IMG/VR virus record: IMGVR_UViG_3300030332_001481
Span: 291,486-355,485 of that record
DNA: 64,000 nucleotides
Reading direction: 5' to 3' (one strand)
Source: a virus
Taxonomy: Duplodnaviria; Heunggongvirae; Uroviricota; Caudoviricetes
Below the pieces are notes generated by a model. It made no database searches, was not told the origin of the DNA, and saw only the letters and a list, made by a program, of their open reading frames with translations. The position numbers and the translations under genes are program-made. How positions within the stretch are numbered: the stretch's first letter is position 1; each line of letters begins with the position of its first letter. Positions 20,094 through 28,726 of this stretch are shown in pieces.

Positions 20094-20356
20094 GCTTCCC
20101 TAGTATGCGCAGGGTTGGACAGTGCCGTTACATCCACTCCGCCCTCACACCCAGCAGCTCTAACAACTGGGCTAGGTCGAGAGTTTCGAGGCTACCCTCA
20201 GACAGAACGCTGGGGTGATCTATTGACGCCGAAGGCAGGACCCACGCGGGTGAATCTAGCGACAGTAATACGGGGCCTGCGATTCCACTAGTCTGCCGCT
20301 TTCGAATTTCCTCCAGCAAGGCAGGCAGTGGAAGCAAGTCCAGACCTTCAGGTGTC

Positions 20357-20953
20357 TTAGTCACTCTGCGACTGCTTGTGCTTACGGTACGAAGCCATGA
20401 GAGCAGGGACATCAAGCCCCTGCAGCCCAGTTTCGAGGGAGGCGCGAACCACTGCGCCGAAGAGGGTGTCCTTCAGGCGCTGGTCGGCGGGAAGCTCCGC
20501 GTACGGAACCATGCAAGGGTGGGTCTTGGCGTCCGCGTCCTTGACTTCACCATACACCCAGCCGTCCTTGGCCTTGTGCTCCATCCAACCCTCGTGGGAC
20601 TGCTCCGGAGTCCTGTCGGGATCGGATGCAATGGCGATGGCGCCCTCCATAGCGGAGGCACGCTGCCACTCTGGCGCGTCATTCCACGGCACCTGCGAAG
20701 TGTAACCAAGCGATTCGCAGTACGCACGGTTGACCTCGTGAGCCATGCGAGCGGCCTCTCCCACGGCGGTCATAAACTCCACGGCGTCCATAAAGGAAAC
20801 ATTGTCAGTTGTCTTAGTCATTTCAGTCATTACATTTACGGGGAGTCTATCAACTCCCACGGTCAGTCTTTGTAGGGTCTCAGGGGACAGCTCGTAGCTT
20901 GTTATCTTGAACGCCGCGTCTGGTGGCGTTTCAACCTTCTTGCGAGTCCACAT
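20357..20953 (-). CDS. RyR-domain phage protein (start 20953 or 20830)
   Basis: SHEGWMEHKAKDGWVYGEVKDADAKTHPCMVPYAELP..QRLKD is a RyR repeat motif. Confidence 0.8.
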   Translation of the reverse strand: MWTRKKVETPPDAAFKITSYELSPETLQRLTVGVDRLPVNVMTEMTKTTDNVSFMDAVEFMTAVGEAARMAHEVNRAYCESLGYTSQVPWNDAPEWQRASAMEGAIAIASDPDRTPEQSHEGWMEHKAKDGWVYGEVKDADAKTHPCMVPYAELPADQRLKDTLFGAVVRASLETGLQGLDVPALMASYRKHKQSQSD

Positions 20954-20966
20954 ATCGTCGTTCGGG

Positions 20967-21281
20967 TCAGGCACAACATGATCTGGGTCGGGGACAGGAG
21001 CCTCTGCCTGCACACGTCTCAGGGTTCCAACAGAAGCTGGGGACTTCACTGCGTACGTCGAGACGCGGATCTGCCGGGTAGGGAAGCCGCTCGTAGGACT
21101 GAACCGTCCCAAACGGCTCAGCACGCTCGCGGATCTCAGCTTCCGTAGCCGCCTCCCTATCGCCCCGAAACCTCTCACGCGCCTCTGGCGTCTTCATAGG
21201 CGTAATGGGGTACCAACTTACGTCAACTTCGATCGTACCTGCCGACCGATTGGCGAACTTCACCCAGTAGAAAGTCATCAC
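20967..21281 (-). CDS. Hypothetical protein with Cys-rich C-terminus
   Basis: 104 aa ORF ending FCWNPETCAGRGSCPRPRSCCA. Confidence 0.7.
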   Translation of the reverse strand: MMTFYWVKFANRSAGTIEVDVSWYPITPMKTPEARERFRGDREAATEAEIRERAEPFGTVQSYERLPYPADPRLDVRSEVPSFCWNPETCAGRGSCPRPRSCCA

Positions 21282-21291
21282 TTAGCTCCTG

Positions 21292-21480
21292 TCACTCAGC
21301 ACACTGGCAGGTTTCATCACTGGACTGATCCAGCGATGGGACCGCGTAGAAACGGTAGATCTGTATACCAACCAAGATGGTAAAAGACACCACAAATACA
21401 GCCCCCGAAAGTACCAGCAGAGGGCGGTAGGCATTGAGGACAAAGGCGACGAGCAGCCTGTGCCACTCACTCATCGTCAC
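21292..21480 (-). CDS. Small membrane protein
   Basis: Hydrophobic core, GAGG RBS. Confidence 0.55.
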   Translation of the reverse strand: MTMSEWHRLLVAFVLNAYRPLLVLSGAVFVVSFTILVGIQIYRFYAVPSLDQSSDETCQCAE

Positions 21481-22102
21481 CTCTAGACTTGAGGTACGAC
21501 TCGTGAATTACAAGCGCCTCCAGGGGGAATACCTCCTCATGCGCAGGTCCCCAAACCACGTCGTGGTGGTAGTCGGTGTAGACTGGTTCAAACCATTTGA
21601 CGCCCACACTGAGAAGGCGGTCGTAGTCATTCTTGTTGAGCTTGCATACGGTCAGCAGGGGGCTGCCGCTCTTCAGCCGCACCACGTCGCCAACATTGAG
21701 AGTTGTCTTTTCTTCCGAAGCCATGATCTGTTCCTTTGTGTTGTTAGATCGCACCGGTAGTGCGTTTACAGGTGAGTTGCTCTTGTACGGCGCATTCCCG
21801 CGCCAAGCACTCTCCGGCGGGAGTTTGCGAAGGGTGAAGGTGGGGGCGTCCTCCGGCCACCGCCAGTTAGTATCGCGCCCAGCACCAGGCTGTAGGCCCC
21901 CGAACTTGTAAGGACCCTCACCGTTAATTTCAGCAAAACAAGTGAAGGTGGTAGACGTGGCCTCGACAACTTCCGCGTCCTGCCAATGTACGATGTACCT
22001 GAGAGACACGTGACCCTGGAAAGGCTCCTCCCTTGTCTCCGCCCAACGGACCTGAACTACGTCCCCAACCTCAACGGGTCGGCGTGTATCTGTCGTGCTC
22101 AC
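21467..22102 (-). CDS. Protein with C-terminal YodC/DUF2158-like domain
   Basis: LNVGDVVRLKSGSPLLTV...VKWF motif; internal AAGGA RBS before MASEE. Confidence 0.7.
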   Translation of the reverse strand: MSTTDTRRPVEVGDVVQVRWAETREEPFQGHVSLRYIVHWQDAEVVEATSTTFTCFAEINGEGPYKFGGLQPGAGRDTNWRWPEDAPTFTLRKLPPESAWRGNAPYKSNSPVNALPVRSNNTKEQIMASEEKTTLNVGDVVRLKSGSPLLTVCKLNKNDYDRLLSVGVKWFEPVYTDYHHDVVWGPAHEEVFPLEALVIHESYLKSRGDDE

Positions 22103-22153
22103 TGCGTGCTCCTCGTCCAGCCGATACAGCCCCGGCAGGGTGAGTTTACAGCG

Positions 22154-24154
22154 TCACCGGGACGTAGCCCGGAACCTGTGGTCGGGGTTCTGCCGCAGGA
22201 AGTAGATGAAGCGGTGACTGTCCACCTCAAACTGGAATTGGCCCTCCCTGTCGAGCACCAGGAGACGATGAGAGGTAGTGTTGTTACCCTCCACCTTCTC
22301 CAGAGCCTGCAGAACCTCAAAGCGGTGCCCCAGCCCAAGACTGTCCACACGACTCTGTGCGGCACTCACGGGGTCTTTCTTCTCGAAAAAGGTAACTTCA
22401 GGCCCGTACTTCTTACACTTGCCGAAGAATCCACCCAGAACTCGGGTGAATTCGTCGTTTGTGCGCTTGTCCCTCACCCGGAGGGTCCAGAACATACGGC
22501 CACTTGTCTTGGTGCGTGACGGGATAGCTTCCTGTACCTCCAAGATGGAGTCGAGTCCCATCTTTGTAAGCCGCTGGTTTGCCTTCACCACCTTTGCTTG
22601 GCGCACTTCCTTCCCAGGAAGGGGCAGCTCAGCCCGGCTGTTGTCTCGCCGGGTTAGTGGTGGAGCCTCTTCTGGCGAGGAGGGCGGCAGCGAGGAGGTT
22701 TCCCGGAGTTCGAGGGTCCATTTCGCTTGTCCACAATCCCATATCCGGGTGTAGCCCGCGTCTACCCCCGACGACCCGGGGTACTTCATGCGATGGAGCG
22801 TCTCTGTTCCGTTGGTCCACTTGAATGAGGGGTACTCAGACACCTTGGTCCAGCCTTGGGCCTCCAGGTGAGATCCGTCTCCATACCTACGGTCCACGAA
22901 CGTTTGGATCATAGCGGGGTCATAGTGGTTGATGACGTGACGCAGCAGCCTGCTCCATCCACCGGGGACAGCGTGGCCTCCCCGAGTACAGAACCGACTG
23001 ATGTCTAGAAGCTCACCTACCTGCACCCACCTCACCTGCATGGCGCACAGGGTCTCCCCTCGGTACGACAGTGAGAAAACCTGACCGGAACCCCTGCCCA
23101 TGAGGTGATGAGTATCGAAGAACTCAGCACTCCCAGGAACTATGGTACATTTCCGCGCTCCTGTTGTGGTACTCTTCCCTACCGCGTGGCCCAGGATGGA
23201 ACGTACTGCCTCAGTCCTGAAAGTGATCTCATCTGACCGAAAGAACAAAGGGCGGTACCCCAGTGCCTCGAACTCTCTCCTGCGGTGCAGGTGGTGGTTT
23301 CGTCCTTTCCCCGTAGCTTCTGAGTGGAAGTACAATCCGTCGCACTCGATCACCACGTCGTAACCAGGAACCAGGAAGTCGGGGCGTAGAGTGGACCCGG
23401 GAAGCTCCTTGTTATGAATGTAAGGCACTCCCAGGTCTGTAAGAAGCTGGGACACTACATTCTCGATGACGGTGCCCGTACCACGAACCAGGTCTGGTAC
23501 CTTGGCAGTCCCACAGTTAGCCACCAACGCCCGTGCATAGGTGTTGGATATCCCGTTGGCAGCCGCCCATTCATCGATGGGCTGACCTTCAACGATAGTG
23601 GTCAGCCCTTTGTCGATGAAGGCCTTTTTGGTGAGGGAAGACCGCTCCTCTGATGTTGGACTGAAAAGTCTGTCGGGATTCTTCTTTAGCTCACGGATGA
23701 ATGCAGGACCACTGTAGGTAAACTCACAATCACGGTTGATGTCCACGATGGTGAAATGGTACGTGGTCTTTAGAACCTTACCCTCAGTACTGATGCGAGC
23801 GGTCTTCTTGTTCAGGTCGAGCACCTGGTACGTGGAGGGTTTCAAGGCGTCTGTTTTTGCCTGAAGGCGGGTAACGGCTCGGTTCCTCTCCTCATCTGAG
23901 GTGGGGATCTCTTTCACGGAGGTCTTTGACGCGCTGGGGGTGCGGATCTCGTAGGTAGGACTGTCCCGCAAGTTCTTGATGACCTTCATCAGGTTCTTAC
24001 GCAGAACCTCTTCCCCCGTAGCCAGGACACGAAGCCGGACCCCAAGATTTGTCCCTGTGGAGGGGACCACCTCCACCACTTGGTACTTACCAGGACGCAA
24101 GCTGTCGATTACCTGCTGGTAGTGCAGCACTCTGTGCGTTGGTTGTGTGGCCAT
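22154..24154 (-). CDS. Modular homing-endonuclease-like protein A (repeats, Vsr/DUF559-like nuclease, GNAT-like domain, repeats)
   Basis: RPDFLVP...IECDGLYFH nuclease motif; HHLMGRG...ISRFC...GGWSRLL...TFVDRRYG...RIWDCGQAKW domain. Confidence 0.8.
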   Translation of the reverse strand: MATQPTHRVLHYQQVIDSLRPGKYQVVEVVPSTGTNLGVRLRVLATGEEVLRKNLMKVIKNLRDSPTYEIRTPSASKTSVKEIPTSDEERNRAVTRLQAKTDALKPSTYQVLDLNKKTARISTEGKVLKTTYHFTIVDINRDCEFTYSGPAFIRELKKNPDRLFSPTSEERSSLTKKAFIDKGLTTIVEGQPIDEWAAANGISNTYARALVANCGTAKVPDLVRGTGTVIENVVSQLLTDLGVPYIHNKELPGSTLRPDFLVPGYDVVIECDGLYFHSEATGKGRNHHLHRRREFEALGYRPLFFRSDEITFRTEAVRSILGHAVGKSTTTGARKCTIVPGSAEFFDTHHLMGRGSGQVFSLSYRGETLCAMQVRWVQVGELLDISRFCTRGGHAVPGGWSRLLRHVINHYDPAMIQTFVDRRYGDGSHLEAQGWTKVSEYPSFKWTNGTETLHRMKYPGSSGVDAGYTRIWDCGQAKWTLELRETSSLPPSSPEEAPPLTRRDNSRAELPLPGKEVRQAKVVKANQRLTKMGLDSILEVQEAIPSRTKTSGRMFWTLRVRDKRTNDEFTRVLGGFFGKCKKYGPEVTFFEKKDPVSAAQSRVDSLGLGHRFEVLQALEKVEGNNTTSHRLLVLDREGQFQFEVDSHRFIYFLRQNPDHRFRATSR

Positions 24155-24224
24155 GGTACTGCTATATAGCTCAGTAGAAAGGAACTAGCAACTGGAAAGT
24201 GCAACTTTGGTGGTTAAAATGAAA

Positions 24225-24255
24225 AACCCCCTTCGAGATAGTCTCGAAGGGGGTT
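24225..24255 (-). terminator. Intrinsic terminator after endonuclease B
   Basis: AACCCCCTTCGAGA-TAG-TCTCGAAGGGGGTT hairpin, T-run on minus strand. Confidence 0.85.
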
Positions 24256-26087
24256 CACAAGGCCTTGACCCATTTGGCTTGACCGCAGTCGTAGAGCCGG
24301 TCGTACCCGAAGTCGTACCCGGTTTTGCCGCGGAACTTGGTCCGGGCGTACCGCTCTAACTCTCCTTTGACCCAGGAGAACGAGGGCTCCGGAGGGTCCT
24401 TGCTCTTCTTCACCCACCCCTGCTTGCTGAGGTAGCTGCCGTCGCCGTAGCGAAGGTCGATGAAAGTAAGGACGGACTTCGCAGATGGAAAGGCTTCCCG
24501 CACACCGTGTGTGAGGAGCCGAGAGAAACCACCCACGACGGAGGTGCCCATGGCGGGGGAAAATCTGGCCACTTCCAGCAGCTGATCCTCCTTACTCTTC
24601 CACTTGAGCTGCATCCCAGCTACGGGTTGGCCCTGGTGAAAGAGGCCGAAGGAGGAGCCCCGACCACGCCCCATGAGGTGATTCGTGTCGAAGAACGACG
24701 GGCTCAACTCAGCGAACTCAAGCTTCCGGGCAAAATGCCGGGCTGTGGATTTGCCTAGGTGGTTCATCAGGATGGAGCGACAGATCTCAGGCTTGTAGGT
24801 AAGCTCGTCGGACAGAAAGAAGAACGGACGAATGCCCCGCTTGAGGTAGCGGAGTCGCCTGTTCCGATGGTGAAACATCGCCTTTTTGCGCGCTTCTGCC
24901 TCGGGCAGATCTGCGTACCGTGACTCCAGGGCGAACATGAACCCGTGCCAATAGTTGCCCTCACACTCAATAGCTACGTTGTGGTCGGGAAGGTAGAAGT
25001 CCGGCCGCATCTTGCTGCCGGGCAGTTGAGAGTCGTGGACGTAGGGAAGCCCTTCTTCATGGAGCCACGACTCTACCAAGGCCTCAATGTTCGTCTTACC
25101 ACGGTTGCACGTGGCCACCAGGCCCTCGACGTCACCAAGGTTCCGCATGTTGGTGCGAAGGGTGATTGGCGACACCTCAAGGAGGTCCGCAAGTTCCTGA
25201 AGTGAGCGTCCCCCAAAGACCTTGGTGGTCCCGTTCTCACCCATCTTTGCCTGCCGGGTCTGCGCTGATGGTGCGAACACAAACTCCGGGTCGGAGCGTA
25301 GCTTCTTGAGGAACTTCTGCGCGGGGGCGGTCACCTCACGGTCGTCTCGCTGGTCCAGCACACGCAGGTGGACCATGGGCTTGCCGTTTCGCCTGTCTTT
25401 TCTGTCGACCTCCAGGAGCTTCAGGTGCGGCGCCTGGCTGTCGAACATGGCCTGGTACCACTCAAAGGAAGATTGCGAAGGGAGCCCAACCTTGGCAGGG
25501 AGCCGGCTCCGGTTGAGGCCCATGTCCTTCGAGATGGAAGAAATAGACTCCCCCGACGCCCACCTCTTGATGACGGTACGCGACAGCTCATCCGAAGTCT
25601 TTTCTAGCAACCCGTGAAGCACGGACCCAGGGGCGCAGGGCTCGAAGGCCGCGTCCCGGTAGACGGCTAGAGGATCATGGGGAGGATCGAAGTCGAAGTC
25701 TGGATCGGAGCCTTGCCCCAGAAGGTCTTTGAGGGGGACTTTCTCGATGCTCTCGGCCTTCAGCGATAAGGCAACTACCATGCAGGTGTCGTCGTCCCGG
25801 TAGGACGCGGAGAGGACCCTGAAACGACCCTTACCGATGGTATCGTCCAGCTTCTCCTGGCAGAGATCTTCCAGGACACCCTGGTGTTTGAACTGGTGGT
25901 AAGGGTTGACCCGAAGGCTATAACCCAGCTTGTGACCCCTTTTCTTGAAACTCCTTTTGTTGGAGTTGTCATAGAGGAGCCAGTAATCACCTTTAGGGTG
26001 AGGTAACACCCTGAGAAGCCTGAACCTATTATCGTGGGGATAGGTGGCTAACAGCTTTCTTGCTTTCTTTAACTTTTCTGAGGGCAT
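24255..26087 (-). CDS. Modular homing-endonuclease-like protein B
   Basis: RPDFYLP.HNVAIECEGNYWH; NHLMGRG...VARF...GGFSRLL...TFIDLRYG...RLYDCGQAKW; paralogue of A and C. Confidence 0.8.
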   Translation of the reverse strand: MPSEKLKKARKLLATYPHDNRFRLLRVLPHPKGDYWLLYDNSNKRSFKKRGHKLGYSLRVNPYHQFKHQGVLEDLCQEKLDDTIGKGRFRVLSASYRDDDTCMVVALSLKAESIEKVPLKDLLGQGSDPDFDFDPPHDPLAVYRDAAFEPCAPGSVLHGLLEKTSDELSRTVIKRWASGESISSISKDMGLNRSRLPAKVGLPSQSSFEWYQAMFDSQAPHLKLLEVDRKDRRNGKPMVHLRVLDQRDDREVTAPAQKFLKKLRSDPEFVFAPSAQTRQAKMGENGTTKVFGGRSLQELADLLEVSPITLRTNMRNLGDVEGLVATCNRGKTNIEALVESWLHEEGLPYVHDSQLPGSKMRPDFYLPDHNVAIECEGNYWHGFMFALESRYADLPEAEARKKAMFHHRNRRLRYLKRGIRPFFFLSDELTYKPEICRSILMNHLGKSTARHFARKLEFAELSPSFFDTNHLMGRGRGSSFGLFHQGQPVAGMQLKWKSKEDQLLEVARFSPAMGTSVVGGFSRLLTHGVREAFPSAKSVLTFIDLRYGDGSYLSKQGWVKKSKDPPEPSFSWVKGELERYARTKFRGKTGYDFGYDRLYDCGQAKWVKAL

Positions 26088-26178
26088 TATGCCTCTCCCG
26101 TTCGGTCTCGTTAGATCTGCCGTTACCAGGGTCTTTACAGGTCCGTACGTAGGAAAGTCGCTTTAGCTATGAGAACAA

Positions 26179-26314
26179 GGCTTTTCTTAGTGATTTCAGC
26201 TAGTTATCAGGCTTTTAGGATCGACCACTACCAAGCTCTTTTTATGCCTTAAAAAGAAAAGCCCCGTTCGCAGTGCGAACGGGGCTTTTCTCAATGGTTT
26301 CAGCTAGTTATCAG
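26179..26314. repeat. 32-bp imperfect direct repeat (26179-26210 and 26283-26314)
   Basis: GGCTTTTCT-N6-TTTCAGCTAGTTATCAG twice, 29/32 identical. Confidence 0.85.
26255..26291 (-). terminator. Intrinsic terminator of the major capsid gene
   Basis: AGAAAAGCCCCGTTCGCA-G-TGCGAACGGGGCTTTTCT inverted repeat followed by a T-run on the minus strand. Confidence 0.9.
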
Positions 26315-26841
26315 ACGCGAACGCCACGATCACACGCTCGGCCATTGACGATCAGCTGCGATTGGATCTGCTCCATGAACCAACCACGACGCGCACGACC
26401 CAGGTTGTACTGGTCGATCGCCCTGGAATCCAGTTCCTTGCGCTGGAGAATCGCGCCAAGCGTCACGGGTGACGCGGTGACGTAAACCTCACCAGGCTGC
26501 AGGACCTGCAGGGTGTCGTAGCGGAAGCCGTCTGTGATGATTTCCATGCCGAGCATGGAACCAAGACGACCCTCAAGGATAAGCTCATGCTTGTGGACCT
26601 GGTCCCACCAAGCAACAAAGTCGGCATCTGCGATGATGTCATCCCAGATGTCGAAGCTGATGAGCATGGTGGACGCCGGGGTGCCCCAGCGGTTGACCTG
26701 GGTACGGAGCGTGGTCAGCACGGACGGGTTGAACGTTGTGAACATCACAAGCTCGTTGAACGTTGTGCTGGCCTGGTTGAGAAGCGCGCGGGTGATGAGG
26801 TCCTCGCGGCGAAGAATCGCCTCAAGGCCGTCCTGGAACTT
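26311..26841 (-). CDS. Major capsid protein, exon 3 (5' edge 26841 to 26831 depending on register)
   Basis: Frame reads KFQDGLEAILRREDLITRALL and continues into track ORF 26311-26748 (EGRLGSMLGMEIITD...GEVYV, HK97-fold-like C-terminus). Confidence 0.85.
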   Translation of the reverse strand, partial: KFQDGLEAILRREDLITRALLNQASTTFNELVMFTTFNPSVLTTLRTQVNRWGTPASTMLISFDIWDDIIADADFVAWWDQVHKHELILEGRLGSMLGMEIITDGFRYDTLQVLQPGEVYVTASPVTLGAILQRKELDSRAIDQYNLGRARRGWFMEQIQSQLIVNGRACDRGVRV

Positions 26842-27233
26842 CGTTGTTTGTTACTGATCAGTAGTTGGACCGTATAAATCCAACCACTAACCGGGAAGGT
26901 CATTTCTGCCTTCCTCTGCAGTTTCATGTATAGCTGCAGACCAGACTATATCTTCTACCAAGTTGGGTTCCTTGGCAGTGCCGCCCCCTGCTACGAGGTC
27001 TCCCCCGTTAGCAGCCGAATTATCGTCATGTCGTCACCAGCACTCTAGGGCTTGTTACCCTGCCCCAGGGTGCCTCCGATTTAGACTTTCGGTAGTCGTT
27101 ACGCACACCTGACAGTTTCCCGTCAGGCTTCACTCGGTGTGGCCTTGCCTGTTCCACCAGGTTCAAGGTTTCCACCGATTTCGCGGCATTTGCTAACATC
27201 CTATTGCTAGAATGAGACGAGTTAGTTGAACTT
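26842..27233 (-). ncRNA. Group I intron 2 in capsid gene, no ORF, 392 nt, large P7 extension (IA-like)
   Basis: P AAATCGGTGGAA, Q CACCGAG, R GTAACGACTA (27102-27093), S AAGATATAGTC (26954-26944), P3 TGCCGC/GCGGCA, GCAA-capped P2; removing 392 nt restores the frame. Confidence 0.85.
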
Positions 27234-27481
27234 CTCGTCGAGAATGTCCGTCGAGGCCTGCTCGATCTCCTTGTCCTCAATGAGGATGAAGGCACCGAGG
27301 TAGAACTCTGCCGGGTAGACCCACGGCTGACGGATGCGCTGCTCTTCGATCGCGCTGTCGCTGGTGAACTGGTACGCGACCACGTCCTTACGACGAACAC
27401 GAACACGACCGGTCTGTCCCTTTGCAAGCGGGTTCACCGCCAGAAGGCGGCGGCTGAAGCCCTGGCGACCCAGGGTCTCCC
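27234..27481 (-). CDS. Major capsid protein, exon 2
   Basis: (W)ETLGRQGFSRRLL...YPAEFYLGAFILIEDKEIEQASTDILDE; in frame with exons 1 and 3 after splicing. Confidence 0.85.
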
Positions 27482-28377
27482 CATTGATGTTACGCTGCAC
27501 ATTTCTGTTGCAGCCTGCGTCTTCATTTATTCACGCAGATCGGACTATATCTTCACCCCTCGTAGAGGGGGACTGGTACATAGTCTCTACACCTTCCCTG
27601 CACTGATTGCTCGCGCGCACAGCGTTCAACCCTCACGGGTATCGGGCTCGGCTCGGTATTGTCTAAGGATAGTGGGCGGTAGCTTATAGTGCATGGAATC
27701 TACCATGCAGACATAGGGGGCAGCGAGGTTCCAGAACTCTTCTTGAGACTTTGCCCGAAGGTTTAAGTACCAGTATTGGTTCTGGCGCTGGATGCTGAAA
27801 CTGAGGTTGAACCTATCGTGAAGACAGGCAGCAAGTGCTTCGTTTTCAACAAGTGAGTATGCGTGAGTGGCGAACACAACCTCCCAACACTTTGCTGAGG
27901 TGTCGCGAGATTTGTCTGATCTTCCCTTCCACTTCAGACTTCCGTCATCCATGTACCATATGGCCAGCCCGAGAGGACTGAGGGAGTTTACTAGGTGCCT
28001 GTCCACTGTTCGTCTTCCTTCGAAGTATAGACGATGTCTCAGTTTACCGAACAATGGGTGTGCTTTCGCACGCAGTCTCAGTACGTCATAGCTACCGCTA
28101 ACGTAGCCTTTGCCATTTGGATAGTTGTACTTGGAGTAGGTGGTCTTACAGACCTGATTGAGGATGTCACATTTGAAATCCATCAAGTCCGTACTGTCAG
28201 CTTTGTGCTCAATGAGCACAGATGCTGTGTTTTTACCACTGGCCTCTAAGTGTGCGTCTCCGAGAGCCATCCCAATGATGGCGCCCTTCAACTCTTTTCT
28301 ATTCATCTGACCACAGATTTTCACCGAATTCTCCAGTATTTGTCATGCCCATTGCTGGACAAGGATCCTAGGAGTTA
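27482..28377 (-). ncRNA. Group I intron 1 in capsid gene, 896 nt
   Basis: 5' exon ends in U; P1 GAUCU/GGAUC with U.G pair; P10 CUCCU/GGGAG; P3 ACUGG/CCAGU; R GTAGAGACTA (27590-27581); S AAGATATAGTCC (27553-27542); terminal G 27482; junction ATC T|GG GAG reads I-W-E. Confidence 0.93.
27626..28306 (-). CDS. Intron-encoded LAGLIDADG homing endonuclease (two-motif type)
   Basis: IIGMALGDAHL and LAIWYMDDGSL motifs; lies inside intron 1. Confidence 0.9.
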   Translation of the reverse strand: MNRKELKGAIIGMALGDAHLEASGKNTASVLIEHKADSTDLMDFKCDILNQVCKTTYSKYNYPNGKGYVSGSYDVLRLRAKAHPLFGKLRHRLYFEGRRTVDRHLVNSLSPLGLAIWYMDDGSLKWKGRSDKSRDTSAKCWEVVFATHAYSLVENEALAACLHDRFNLSFSIQRQNQYWYLNLRAKSQEEFWNLAAPYVCMVDSMHYKLPPTILRQYRAEPDTREG

Positions 28378-28726
28378 AGATCTCCTCGGAGAGAACCTCT
28401 CCGAGAACCTCAAGCTTGGTGTTTGACCGGTCGTAGTAAGCTTCCCGTACCTGAGCGAGGCGCTCCTGCATGACCTCGGGGGACGCGTGACGTTCCATCA
28501 CGTTACCCTCGCGGCTCTGCTGAAGCACGTTCGCGACGACCTGCATAAGCTCCTTCTTGGAAGAAGCGTTTAGCTCGCCATTGGAACCGAACGCGGGACC
28601 TGAGCTGAGAAGCTGACGACCAGCGACACGGATACCTCCACGGAGGCCATCCTCGGAAGTCGCGGGGACGTCGGGCTGCGAACGCAGGACCTTTACGCCG
28701 GGACCAGAAGCATAGGGGTTTGCCAT
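28378..28726 (-). CDS. Major capsid protein, exon 1
   Basis: MANPY...NGELNASSKKELM...LGEVLSEEI; exons total 349+248+531 = 1128 nt, i.e. 375 aa plus stop. Confidence 0.85.

Noticed and set aside
20128-20415. 95 aa minus-strand ORF
   Set aside because: Overlaps the RyR gene end and has no recognisable features; may be real but not supportable.
26842-27233. T4 gene 60-style translational bypass (matching AAG TTC codons, nearby stop)
   Set aside because: The gap is 392 nt and contains a full group I core, so splicing is the simpler explanation; not formally excluded.
26745-27427. Track ORFs 26745-26927 and 27026-27427
   Set aside because: Off-frame reads through intron 2 RNA and capsid exons.
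26311-28726. Capsid gene as a pseudogene or three separate genes
   Set aside because: Both gaps hold group I cores and their removal restores one frame.
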